A stretch of DNA of 63,207 nucleotides, filler included, from Nemertoderma westbladi (taxonomy: Eukaryota; Animalia; Xenacoelomorpha): NCBI GenBank assembly GCA_032718475.1. It is 4 parts of 4 records of this genome, joined end to end, with 100 filler letters (N's around TTAATTAATTAA, not from the genome) between each part and the next. Parts side by side here need not be neighbours in the genome. Positions count along the whole stretch, not along the records: positions 51,082 to 59,516 come from JAUCBJ010002968.1; positions 59,617 to 63,207 come from JAUCBJ010003371.1; 2 more parts are not named here. One strand, 5' to 3'. How positions within the stretch are numbered: position 1 is the first letter of the stretch; each line of letters begins with the position of its first letter. Position numbers and translations under genes: made by a program. The notes under the pieces are model-generated. The model searched no databases. It saw only the letters and a program-made list of their open reading frames with translations, and was not told the origin of the DNA. Positions 51,082-63,207 of the stretch are shown one piece after another.

Positions 51082-53822
51082 TGCCAGACATTATTAACCA
51101 ACCGGACCCCAGACAGACAGTTTTGAGCGGGAAGATTTAAACTTTGAAGACAATTTTCTCGGAAAGAGATTTTTTCACGGAAAACAAACACTAATCCACT
51201 GTTAATTCTTAACCCATTTTTGTTATTTTCGCTCCATATGATAGGTAATTTCTTAAGCTTCGATAAATTTCGGGCAGTTTTTTTCTATTTCATAATATTT
51301 TCCCTTTGCCAAGTTTTTTGTTTATTCAACATCTTTCGAGTTATTTACAAGGGGGGGGGGGGGGGGGGGGCCTTAATGATGGCATTAAATTTACACAATT
51401 CAAAAACACCGCTACTGACAGACTTGCTGTGTTTTGTCATTGTGACATTTGTTCTTGCATTGTAGATTGTACAGAATGTATTTTCATGCAGGTTGTACAA
51501 TGCAAAAACAGCGTAAATACAAAAAATAATCCAGAAGTTCAAATATTAATGGAAAGTAAAAAATAATCACGTATTATAGAAAAATTTCCCACCCCAAATT
51601 GCGTCGGGTTATAAAAAATTAGTAATTTACGGAGATTTTAAACCAACAATCTGAAGGCAAACAGTAATTTGAGTTTTACTAGAAATGACTTTTTGTGACT
51701 TGGGGTCCTTTCACATTGCACGGTAGTGCAGGTAGTTGTAAAAGCAAAATCGTTACCCATACTTTTTCTTCATTATTCGTTACTTTTGTTTTTGACAAAA
51801 AATTTGTTTTTGTTATTCGGAAAAATTGTAAATTTTTATACAATTTTACAAATTAGTTGCTGTATAGGGCATATAAATTCCGATATAGGATGTATCGGGA
51901 TGTTCCGGATCCCGTTGCAACACTAAATACATTTCACGTTATCCAAAATTTATATAATATATAATCTGTATAATTTATGTTGTTATATTTATAGATTTAT
52001 TATAATATCCTATAAATATTAAGTTTGACTGTACAGAGCCTACTTAGTAGGACGTAGTACTTAATTAAATCGGTACCTTTTATATGGGAAAACCCCTGGC
52101 TACATGATACAATACGTTTAAACGTTAATAGTGGTCCGCAATTAATTAATAAAAGTTAATTAGATGAAAAAATTGCGTATCAAATTAGTATTATTGAATG
52201 CTTCCATATACTTTATAGAACAATGTAATAATTACATAAGGGAACCCTCGTATGTATGTACTAACTCTATTCGATGTCTCATTATATGGGAATATCTCTC
52301 TGGTGTAATAAATGTCATCTACTGGAAAGCAACCACGACGTTGTTATTGATCGCTTTCTATAGAAGAATCATAGCAAACCTAACCGAGGCAAACTCATGT
52401 CTCGAGCTACTCTGGATCTCAGTTCGTCTGGATCGCAGTTCGTTTCTATTTTATTATAAAAAGGTCAGAAAGTTTTTATGTTCAAGTAATTCAGTTATTT
52501 TCATTCCTAAATAAGATTAACTTTCCCATGCGATCTCAGCTTCTTTGACCCCACCCCACCCCCCACCCCCCCCCCCCCACACACACGCTTACACACCACT
52601 CAATAAAAACTATACAGATAAAAAACAAAAGTACTTATATATTTCATAAATTATGGTTTATGAAGTAGTTTGCACAATATTGTTTCTATTAGTTCGATAA
52701 CATTTAACTAATTTAACATTAACAACATAATATCGGGTGAGATTAAAACGAAAAATACTAAACAAACAAAAAAGCAACATTCCTTTAATGTGCATCTGAA
52801 AATTTACCATTACCATCAAACATTAAAAATAGAAAGTGGAGTAAATGAAGATAAAAACACAATGTTTAATAACTTAGTGTTTAGCATCCATCCACCTCAA
52901 CTTTTTTTTTAAAACCATAAAATTTGAAAAACTTAAATTGACTTTCAAACGTTTTTTTACAATTGCGGGAAAAAAACACTCGTTGTCAATAAGACGTCAG
53001 TACGAGATGATACTTTATCCCGTTTGAACACCGGTGCCTCGCAGTCAATCCTATTTTGCACAGAATACTGAAGCCGTGGGACTAACAGCCATTATTTGTT
53101 ACCAATTACAGCGCTTTGGGCCGATGGCAATTATATCCGACAACCATAATGTCCGACATTCCGCTCAATTTCATAGATTTATCTATCAGTGTTCGGATTC
53201 CAAGGCAGATTCAAATAATCGATGATAAACCCAAACCAAAACAATAATTTAGTTGAATCACAGTCCTTATCATTTGAGCACAACTAATAGTATGCGTAAC
53301 ACATAAAATTATTGTAGAATTTAAACTCGAACTTTATTAAGATCGCAATTTTGACGAGATTAAAATTTTCAGATATTAAAAATTATTTCGTTTAAACATT
53401 TTAAACAAAAACAACATCGTCATGAAATATTACAAATTCAAGATAAATGAGTTAAGTTGTTTTTCGTTTCGTTATTTTTCGTTTTAGCAACGAAAAAACG
53501 TGTCTATTTCGCATCTATCGGGAAACAAGTCTAAGTTTATTTCGTAAAACTCCATACACTGAAACGGTTACTTTCAAAAATAGGGCACTTAATGAAAAAT
53601 CCGAATATACTGGAAACAAAATAACAAACAAAACAAAACCTGAAGCGAAATAATCTATTAAAACAAATGAAATAAGATGAACTTTGTTTAACTGCTAAAT
53701 TCACCCGATGTGAAATAAATAAAATAAGAAAGCTAATGGAATGGAAACTCAGTTTATTTATATGAATAATAGACGTAATAATAGAATCAATGAATTAGCC
53801 AATAGCGGCTAACCTCAGGGGT

Positions 53823-54179
53823 CTATCTCAGGTCACCACCCCCTTCCTCCCCTTCTATCAGCTTTTTGATTCTGAGTAACATTGTGGTGTTCCAATCGTC
53901 TAATCGAGATATTTTATCGTAATCGGCGACCACAGCGGTGTACTTATCTGTGTCCTGCTCCTGTACGGCGTCCATCAGCTCCACCACCAGTTTGTATTCC
54001 CTGGAGTCGGTGAACGCAGGGAACATTGCGGTGTACTTACGGACCACCTGCTGGGCGTTCACAACGTCCAGGGCCAGATGGCACAGCGCCGCCTTGTAGA
54101 AATACTCCTTACAGGAGTACTTGAGGAGAGTTGAGTCCATGGCTTCCACCGCTGTAGATTCAAATAATTCGATCGCTTT
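53823..54179 (-). CDS. NAPA: Alpha-soluble NSF attachment protein, last coding exon
   Basis: tttatttacAG|KAIELFESTAVEAMDSTLLKYSCKEYFYKAALCH...FPAFTDSREYKL...YDKISRLDDW.TTMLLRIKK...DLR*; canonical alpha-SNAP C-terminus (DLR). Confidence 0.96.
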   Translation of the reverse strand, partial: KAIELFESTAVEAMDSTLLKYSCKEYFYKAALCHLALDVVNAQQVVRKYTAMFPAFTDSREYKLVVELMDAVQEQDTDKYTAVVADYDKISRLDDWNTTMLLRIKKLIEGEEGGGDLR

Positions 54180-54336
54180 CTGTAAATAAATTACATTTAT
54201 TTGAAAAAGGTTGTTTTTCTCACTAATATTTTTAAAATTGAGTTAATTACTCTAACTTTTTTATCACTAATTTACAGAAAATTAGTTTAAAAAAGTCTTT
54301 TTTGAACTAATTTTTCGTTTACCCTAGGTTTCGGAC

Positions 54337-56420
54337 ACTAATGGTGTACCACTCTCGGTACACTAATGGTGTACCACTCTCGGTACACTAATGGTGTACC
54401 ACTCTCGGTTTCGGAACACTAGTGGTGTACCACTCTCGGTACACTAGTGGTGTACCACTCTCGGTACACTAATGGTGTACCACTATCGGTGCACTAGTGG
54501 TGTACCACTCTCGGTACACTAATGGTGTACCACTATCGGTACACTAATGGTGTACCGGTCTCGGTACACTAATGGTGTACCACTCTCGGTTTCGGTACAG
54601 TAGTGGTGTACCACTCTTGGTACACTAATGGTGTACCACTCTCGGTCTCGGTACACTAATGGTGTACCACTCTCGGTACACTAGTGGTGTACCACTCTCG
54701 GTACACTAATGGTGTACCACTCTCGGTACACTAATGGTGTACCGGTCTCGGTACACTAATGGTGTACCACTCTCGGTTTCGGTACAGTAGTGGTGTACCA
54801 CTCTTGGTACACTAATGGTGTACCACTCTCGGTCTCGGTACACTAATGGTGTACCACTCTCGGTACACTAGTGGTGTACCACTCTCGGTACACTAGTGGT
54901 GTACCACTCTCGGTACACTAATGGTGTACCACACTCGGTCTCGGTACACTAATGGTGTACCACTCTCGGTACACTAGTGGTGTACCACTCTCGGTACAAT
55001 AATGGTGTACCACACTCGGTCTCGGTACACTAATGGTGTACCACTCTCGGTACACTAATGGTGTACCACACTCGGTCTCGGTACACTAATGGTGTACCAC
55101 TCTCGGTACACTAATGGTGTACCACACTCGGTCTCGGTACACTAATGGTGTACCACTCTCGGTACACTAATGGTGTACCACTCTCGGTACACTAGTGGTG
55201 TACCACTCTCGGTACACTAGTGGTGTACCACTCTCGGTACACTAGTGGTGTACCACTCTCGGTACACTAGTGGTGTACCACTCTCGGTACACTAATGGTG
55301 TACCACACTCGGTCTCGGTACACTAATGGTGTACCACTCTCGGTACACTAATGGTGTACCACTCTCGGTACACTAGTGGTGTACCACTCTCGGTACACTA
55401 GTGGTGTACCACTCTCGGTACACTAATGGTGTACCGGTCTCGGTACACTAATGGTGTACCACTCTCGGTACACTAGTGGTGTACCACTCTCGGTACACTA
55501 GTGGTGTACCACTCTCGGTACACTAATGGTGTACCACACTCGGTACACTAATGGTGTACCACTCTCAGTACACTAATGGTGTACCGGTCTCGGTACACTA
55601 ATGGTGTACCACTCTCGGTACACTAGTGGTGTACCACTCTCGGCACACTAATGGTGTACCACACTCGGTCTCGGTACACTAATGGTGTACCACTCTCGGT
55701 ACACTAGTGGTGTACCACTCTCGGTACACTAGTGGTGTACCACTCTCGGCACACTAATGGTGTACCACACTCGGTCTCGGTACACTAATGGTGTACCACT
55801 CTCGGTACACTAATGGTGTACCACTCTCGGTACACTAGTGGTGTACCACTCTCGGTACACTAGTGGTGTACCACTCTCGGTACACTACCACCTCGCCGTG
55901 TACCACTCTCGGTACACTAATGGTGTACCACTCTCGGTACACTAATGGTGTACCACTCTCGGTACACTAATGGTGTACCACTCTCGGTACACTAATGGTG
56001 TACCACTCTCGGTACACTAGTGGTGTACCACTCTCGGTACACTAATGGTGTACCCACCTCTCGGTACACTAATGGTGTACCACTCTCGGTACACTAGTGG
56101 TGTACCACTCTCGGTACACTAATGGTGTACCACACTCGGTCTCGGTACACTAATGGTGTACCACTCTCGGTACACTAATGGTGTACCACTCTCGGTACAC
56201 TAGTGGTGTACCACTCTCGGTACACTAATGGTGTACCACACTCGGTCTCGGTACACTAATGGTGTACCACTCTCGGTACACTAATGGTGTACCACTCTCG
56301 GTACACTAATGGTGTACCACTCTCGGTACACTAATGGTGTACCACTCTCGGTACACTAATGGTGTACCACTCTCGTACACTAATGGTGTACCACTCTCGG
56401 TACACTAATGGTGTACCACT
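54337..56420. repeat. Intronic minisatellite, 25-bp unit (ggtacacta(a/g)tggtgtaccactctc), ~80 copies
   Basis: Directly visible; lies within NAPA intron 54180-58157. Confidence 0.97.
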
Positions 56421-56435
56421 ATCCGCATTTAGGAT

Positions 56436-58049
56436 ACATGTGGGGCGAGCCACGAAGTTGGCGGAGCCTTAGCGAATTGACACTGTTAGGGGGTGGGTCA
56501 ATTTATGCAAATAGTTGTCGTCGTCGTCGTCGTCGTTGTCGTCGTCGTCGTCGTCGTCGTTACGATTTTGACATGCTAATAACTTTGTCGGATTTAAAGC
56601 TGCCAAGTTGAAAATTTGTAGGTATCAATATGAGCAAAAGTTGAGATTTTTGAGAGACTTTCAGACACCATCAGTGCAATGGTCTCCCGCTAGAGGGCCA
56701 CATGTCTAAACATTAAATGCCCTCCCATTTCTTTGCTTTTAATCCGTTTAAGCTGAAACTTGGCAGATATGTATTAGACCATTAGCTGTGACTTTCAAAG
56801 GAGGCGAATCCATCTGCAGTTCTCCAGTCTGCCGCTAGAGGGCCAAAGGTCTGAAAGTGAAATCGTTGTCGTCGTTACGATTTTGACATGCTAATAACTT
56901 TGTCGGATTTAAAGCTGCCAAGTTGAAAATTTGTAGGTATCAATATGAGCTAAAGTTGAGATTTTTGAGAGACTTTCAGACACCATCAGTGCAATGGTCT
57001 CCCGCTAGAGGGCCACATGTCTAAACATTAAATGCCCTCCCATTTCTTTGCTTTTAATCCGTTTAAGCTGAAACTTGGCAGATATGTATTAGACCATTAG
57101 CTGTGACTTTCAAAGGAGGCGAATCCATCTGCAGTTCTCCAGTCTGCCGCTAGAGGGCCAAAGGTCTGAAAGTGAAATCGTTGTCGTCGTTACGATTTTG
57201 ACATGCTAATAACTTTGTCGGATTTAAAGCTGCCAAGTTGAAAATTTGTAGGTATCAATATGAGCTAAAGTTGAGATTTTTGAGAGACTTTCAGACACCA
57301 TCAGTGCAATGGTCTCCCGCTAGAGGGCCACATGTCTAAACATTAAATGCCCTCCCATTTCTTTGCTTTTAATCCGTTTAAGCTGAAACTTGGCAGATAT
57401 GTATTAGACCATTAGCTGTGACTTTCAAAGGAGGCGAATCCATCTGCAGTTCTCCAGTCTGCCGCTAGAGGGCCAAATGTCTGAAAGTGAAATCGTTGTC
57501 GTCGTTATGATATTGACATGCTTATAACTTTGTCGAATTTAAAGCTGCCAAGTTGAAAATTTGTTTTGTTGAAAATCAGTTCAACAGTCACCCGCTATAG
57601 GACTACTTTATGCCTGAAAGTGAATAGATTCTCCCGTCTCATTGATTTTAATCAGTTTAAGCTGAATCTTGCCATATATTCTGGACCACATGCTGCGTCT
57701 TTGTGGGGGGGGGGGGGGGGGGGGGGGAGATTTAATCGGTCTGCCGCTATACGACGAAATTTCTGAAAGTGAGATCCGTCTCTCATTTCGTTATCCGTTA
57801 TTCAAGATGAAACTTGGCCGATGTACGTATGTACTATTCATCCATAGGCTGTGTCTTTGTGGGGCTGGAGACCCTAATCCATCTTCAGTTCTCACTATAC
57901 CGCTAGAGTCAGAAATGTCTGAATAGAAATGAAAGAGGTAAAAAGTGATTAGGCGAAATCTGCTTAAAATTTGCTAATACAGTAATACTTTCGAATTAGT
58001 ACTTAAATTAAATTTAAGTCACGTGCTGCGCGAAGGCCCCACTTCGTGT
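56436..58049. mobile_element. HINE/Helentron-like element with three tandem 315-bp internal units plus degenerate units
   Basis: Same termini as the 39261 and 15864 elements (acatgtggggcgagccacg... / ...gctgcgcgaaggccccacttcgtgt), (gtc)n tract, 315-bp period. Confidence 0.82.
56670..57473 (+). promoter_or_regulatory. Six co-oriented CTCF-like motifs
   Basis: Cores CCGCTAGAGGGC at 56687, 56832, 57002, 57147, 57317, 57462, each preceded 11 nt upstream by TGCAGT or ATCAGT (upstream-module-like). Confidence 0.6.
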
Positions 58050-58157
58050 CTTATAGACGGTCTTCTTATAGCCAGCTCATCTTGATGGCTTTCTAGTTTA
58101 AAGTTATCGATTTAAAACAATAATGAATTGTTTATTAAATTATATAAAATGACCCAC

Positions 58158-58307
58158 CTGGTATTTTTCCTGCTTTGCTGCGTAATGCGCAACTTTAAGC
58201 AAACATTTCCGAGCCTGACTGATACTCTCCTCCCCTTTATAGAAATCAGCGGATTGTTCGTAATGAGAGATCGCTTTATCGATGTCACTGAGTTGCAGTT
58301 CGTAGAT
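58158..58307 (-). CDS. NAPA: Alpha-SNAP internal exon (50 codons; not in the ORF track)
   Basis: gtttttAG|[50 protein letters not shown]|GTGGGT; phase 0-0, fills exactly the gap between the flanking exons. Confidence 0.96.
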
Positions 58308-58711
58308 CTAAAAACGTTTGAATCAATCAAATAATATTAACGATCGATATTAGATATACCCGAAATCGACGGTGTTATATTAAAATATCCCAAATATAAA
58401 AATGGTTATTATGATAAGCAAATAAGCAAGAAAGGGACGTTTAGTGACTATGTATGATAATATGTTTGACTATATCGGTTCGGTATAACATGCTCTACTG
58501 GTAGTATGAATCGAATCGAGTTAATTAAGTTCTTACTTATCTGGCAATCATGTAAAGTGGCACTTTACAGTGACAGAGTAATTTTGTCTCAAGAACGAAC
58601 GAGTGAAATAAAGAAATATATAGAAGTGATGTAAAGTGTTGTTCTACCTCTCAATTTCTGTTGTTGTTTTGCGACAGTAATCTAGTATAATAATATAATA
58701 AATAGCGGTAC

Positions 58712-58833
58712 CTCTGCGACTGTCATTAAATGTTTCGCGGCCATAGAGAATCGGCCCATATCCGTAAAGATTTCTACTGCACGTTTGTAACATTTCACGG
58801 CCTCATTGGGATCTGTTTTCTTAAACGCGGTAC
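58712..58833 (-). CDS. NAPA: Alpha-SNAP internal exon
   Basis: ttgttttAG|(G)[40 protein letters not shown]|GTACCG; phase 1-0. Upstream exons were not found before the gap. Confidence 0.95.
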
Positions 58834-59516
58834 CTAAAACAAATAGAATAATGCAGGATAGTTTGGAACCTAAAACAAGTAGGGCAATAAGCAGCATAGT
58901 CTGTGGTTTGGTGCCTAAAATAAATAGTAATGTAGGATAGTTTGAGTATAGATAAAATTAGTGGTTGCTGGATAGATTATTTGTAAAGAATATTTGTTTA
59001 TTAAATTATAATTAATTACAATAATTTTGTGCATACTGATGAGGGGGTTAAACAATGGATATATAATTCAGGGATTTTTATTCAAAATGTTCACTGTGAA
59101 AAGTTTCTAAACGGTTTAAACGGTTCTAAACGGTCTATATTTTGTTTAGGAAACCAAAATAATTTGCTCAATTGGCGAATGAATTGAGTAATTGAAAAGT
59201 AAGCCATACATTACTTACTGCTGCTTATTATTATTGTTTTTTACTTATTCTGTAATCATAAATATCATCGAAATATAAAACATATTGAGCACTATGGGTA
59301 TGACTATGAGCACTACTGACTAGTATTTAATAAAACTTTGATAAACTAAAGCCATCAATTGGGAAGGAACACTCCACCTCATTGGCGATGGTTACAGTTG
59401 GAAGGGCCAACGCAAAAAAATACATTATGGATAAATACGTTGAAAGTTTTTGTTGTTGAAATTCCAGAAGAGGGGGGGGGGGGGGGGGGGGGGGGAACTG
59501 GACGCAATAAAAATTA

Positions 59517-59616
59517 NNNNNNNNNNNNNNNNNNNNNNNNNNNNNNNNNNNNNNNNNNNNTTAATTAATTAANNNNNNNNNNNNNNNNNNNNNNNNNNNN
59601 NNNNNNNNNNNNNNNN
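59517..59616. other. Artificial contig linker
   Basis: N run with central TTAATTAATTAA. Confidence 0.98.
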
Positions 59617-59682
59617 GTATCCTTTATACTGTACTAATTATTATTGTATTTTATATTATCGATATCTAACTACAGAACTACA

Positions 59683-61428
59683 ATGTCGGGTCACATTTTA
59701 CGGGTAATAACTAGAAAACTTTCTTCTACCAACGAATTGCCTAAATTTCATAGAAATGTTCCCTTGACATCGAGTTACCTCCACCATCCCAAATCGACGC
59801 CTTATATGAGAAAAACTTTGGGAGGGTTACTGGAGGAACGAGCATTGAATGGAAGAGACAAGGAAGCTTTTGTGTTCGTTTCAGAAAACGTAAGGCTAAC
59901 ATTTGGTGAAACTCTAGAATTGGCAGATCAACTAGCGGCGGGATTTATAGAGTTAGGACTGCAGCCTGGTGATCGAATTGGTATATATGGCCCTAGTTCC
60001 AAACAATGGATGATTGGCGCGTATGCAGCAGCCCGCTGCGGTTTGGTGGTAGTAAACCTTAATATAGCTAGTCCACCATTAGAGTTAGAAGCGGCATTGA
60101 AAGTTGTGGGGGCCAAAGTTATACTTGCTGATACGGGAATAAAATCTCTCAGTTATTACGACAACTTAATATCCATTTGCCCTGAACTCTTGGAATCGAA
60201 ACCGGGTCATTTAAATTCTGAACGTTTACCAAATTTAAAACACGTTATTTTTATGGATGAAGTTAAACGTCCCGGTTGTTGGATTCAAGACGAGATTCGA
60301 AACGCATCTGGTTCGAACTCAATGGAGAAAATAGCGAAAATACAACAAACGATAAACCCAGACTCAATGGTGTCTATCATGTTCACTTCAGGAACAACAG
60401 GAATACCAAAAGGTGCCGCCAAGACTCACCATCAACTAATGGAAAACGCGCACGGTCTGGGAATTTGCCTTGGGAGCAAGGTGATGAACCACGTCATTGC
60501 CGTTCCAGTACAGTTTTTCCACATTTTTGGCTATGGAGGCTCTCTTATGCTTGGTTTATCAGCTAATGCATGCTCTGTTATCCCATCGTCACTCTACGAT
60601 GTTAACCAACTTTTGAAATCAATTGAGACAGAGCGAGCAACCATGTTGTTTGGGACTCCGACAATGTGCATGGATTTATTGAGCGAAGCCAAAGGTTTTG
60701 ATGTTTCATCCCTTAAGTATTGCATTGTAGGAGCGGCGCCTATTGGCCTAGAATTCTTTAAGAGATTCTGTGGTGAGATCGGCTTGGATTCGGCAATTAG
60801 AGCCTATGGGTGCACTGAAACTAGTGGGGCAGCTGTAAGCGGTCACTATGATGATGAAGAGGACATCAGACTCACTAAAGATGGTTATCCTATGGAAGGA
60901 ACTGAAGTTCAAATAGTAGACACAAATGATAATGTAGTTGCGGTTGATACAGTTGGGGAGTTGTGTGTTCGAGGTTATATCGTGACACAAGGCTATTGGG
61001 CCAATGAAGAGAAGACCAAAGAGGCGTTAAGTCCTACTGGTTGGTGGCACACCGGTGACCTTGCAACAATGGACGCCAACGGTTATGTAACTATTTGCGG
61101 TCGCCTCAAAGATCTTATCATACGGGGTGGAGCAAATATATTTTCCTTGGACTTGGAAGATTTGCTTTTAAGTCACCCAAAAATTCAGCAGGCCTATGTT
61201 TACGGCGTTCCAGACGATCGTTTGGGTGAGAAAGTAGCCCTATCAGTTAAACTGAACCCAGGAGAGAATATGACAGAGGTTGAGGTGAAGAAATTCATGG
61301 AAGGTAAAGTATCCTATTACAAAGTTCCAGAATATGTGGATTTTAGATAAGATTTTCCAATGACAGCGACTGGGAAGGTAAAGAAGCATGCTCTTTGTGA
61401 AGAGATGATTAAGAAATTCAATTTGTAG
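59683..61428 (+). CDS. ACSF2: Acyl-CoA synthetase family member 2-like (AMP-binding), intronless, with in-frame TAA at 61348-61350 (possible pseudogene or sequence error)
   Basis: Basic N-terminal mitochondrial-presequence-like region, FTSGTTGIPKG P-loop, AYGCTE, WHTGDL, GRLKDLIIRGG.NI, GVPDDRLGE; homology continues past the TAA as DFPMTATGKVKKHALCEEMIKKFNL*. Confidence 0.88.
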
Positions 61429-62378
61429 CTATGGGATGTTACTAATTTATTTTTATCTTATTATGGTCATGAATCATGATCATGAAACCTAAAACATTGT
61501 TTTCCCTTTCGCAGCTATGGTAACGTTTTGCGGTTGGATGCCTTTTTGCCGTTATATTTCACTTTGCAATTACCCCCATGTGAAGAATACCAGGTTTTCA
61601 CCAAAAACACAGGTTACAGAAGGGCTGAATCTAACCAAAACAATAAACGAATTAGTATATGTACAGGTTATAAGACAGAAATAAGCGCTATTAAAACACT
61701 TAATAATAAAGATACATTTAAAAAATAAAAAATCTTCATATATAATATTCCAATAAAAAGTAGACCGAAAAGTGAAATCCTGGTATACTTCAAATGGGCG
61801 GAAAAATGCATCCATATCAAATAAAATATAAAGATTCTAGAACAAAACAAAGGGTGCCAAAAAAATGTCCGCAAAAAACTCCAAAAAACGGCCAAATTGA
61901 AACGTTACTTATTAAGCTATCATTTCATTAACGATGATGTGTTATTAATCCTAATACAATAAATTAATATTCCATGAATACGAATACTCTTCATATTGAC
62001 ATTAAAACATAGACTATACAGTATATTTAAAAGAATTAATGTATCACATCGTGTATTATTACTGTTATTATTATTATCAATATCAATTATTAAAATTAAG
62101 TTTTACAGGTAATAATTATTTTCGGCCATGTGAACCATACCAGACTTTCTGCTGTTATATTTCACTTGGCATTATACCCCCACGTGAAGAATACCAGGTT
62201 TTCGTTTCATAAGGGATGGCATCTAACCAAAACAATAAAACGAATTAGATAAGATGGAAATAAGCGCTATAAAACACTTAACAAGGGTCAATTTAAAAAA
62301 ATACAAATTTTTAATATATATAAATTTTCCATCAAATTCCAACTGAAACGGAATATCCACTCGAGTCGAAGAAATAGC

Positions 62379-63207
62379 ACCGTCAGATGGGGTGACTTGG
62401 ACATGTTTTCGGTGGTTCTATATCATTTTAAGCCACTTAGAATCAATGGAACTCTACCAAACTTCGAATATATACCAAGACACATTCCTGCTATCTAAAT
62501 AATCATATTTTAAAACTTCTAAGTATACAGTTTTGCCATAATTCACTTTCCAAAAAATTATCCAAGTCAGACAACAAAAGGCTGACTTGGATAATTTATG
62601 ACTTTCCAATAGATATTGTTCATTTTTTCCCCATTAAACAGGCTAAATATACCAACGAGAGGGTGACTTGGATATTGTAGAATTTATTATAAACACTGGA
62701 TGCTCTTTATACCCTTCAGCCTTCACAACAGAAACATTTTAAAAATTTTAAAAATTTGATAAATTTATAAATTTTGTAAAATGTTTAGGTTGTGAAGGAT
62801 GAATTAGTTTAATAGCATCAAGTGTTTACAATTTATTCTATATTATTGTTTAATCATTAAATTGATTGTTTATTGAAAGCATGAACAATATAACAAGGCC
62901 TAGTATTTATTCGGCATAGTTGTTTAAACATTAAATTGTTTGTTTATGAAAGCTTGAACATGAACAATATAACAAGGCATAGTCTTTATTGCAGCAGTGT
63001 CTCGTCGCCAAATGAATCAATCTCAAATCTAAACGTATTCCTGGCACGGGCTGTGCCACCATAGTTAACAGGCCGGTCTAGCTTACGCATATATTCAAAG
63101 CTCTGAGTAGCGAATCGAGGAGGTTCAACAAGAACAACACTTACTTTATTATTTAAAATGCTTAATTTGATCCGTTCACTATACTGAACATGGACTTCGT
63201 GGTTCTT
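62379..63207 (-). mobile_element. 3' end of a probable pogo/Tigger-like DNA transposon
   Basis: TIR-like ccgtcagatggggtgacttggac at 62379 with internal gacttgga repeats; minus-strand frame open from the window end to 62986, ending KLDRPVNYGGTARARNTFRFEIDSFGDETLLQ*, resembling (from recall) the 'P...GGTAR...F.F' C-terminus of pogo-like transposases. Confidence 0.45.

Noticed and set aside
61348-61350. TAA reassigned to a sense codon (alternative genetic code); CHMP2B, NAPA and ACSF2 all end in TAG
   Set aside because: Only one in-frame TAA in about 1000 conserved codons of an AT-rich genome, and both LINE ORFs end at TAA in the expected place.

Overview
AT-rich, repeat-dense genomic DNA of an animal (probably an invertebrate bilaterian; inference). 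It consists of four contigs joined by artificial 100-bp N linkers containing TTAATTAATTAA. Protein genes: four phase-compatible internal exons of a + strand gene, tentatively LRRIQ3-like (3.8-13.5 kb); an intronless CHMP2B (-); the last three coding exons of alpha-SNAP/NAPA (-); and an intronless ACSF2-like acyl-CoA synthetase (+) with an in-frame TAA just before its catalytic-lysine motif. About a third of the window is at least 12 unrelated minisatellite arrays (13-56 bp units), several sitting one per intron, including a 6.6-kb 20-mer array and a 1647-bp composite duplication. Mobile DNA includes CR1/L2- and RTE-type LINE fragments, a tRNA-derived SINE with TSD, several MITE/foldback elements and the 3' end of a pogo-like transposon. 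Most notable: (1) an intact minimal type I hammerhead ribozyme on the minus strand at ~10.4 kb, (2) a HINE/Helentron-like non-autonomous element whose tandem internal repeats each carry a full-length CTCF-like site (core plus upstream module at fixed spacing), (3) a tandemly amplified 3' splice site, and (4) the ACSF2 premature stop. Family assignments are from recall of known sequences, not database searches.
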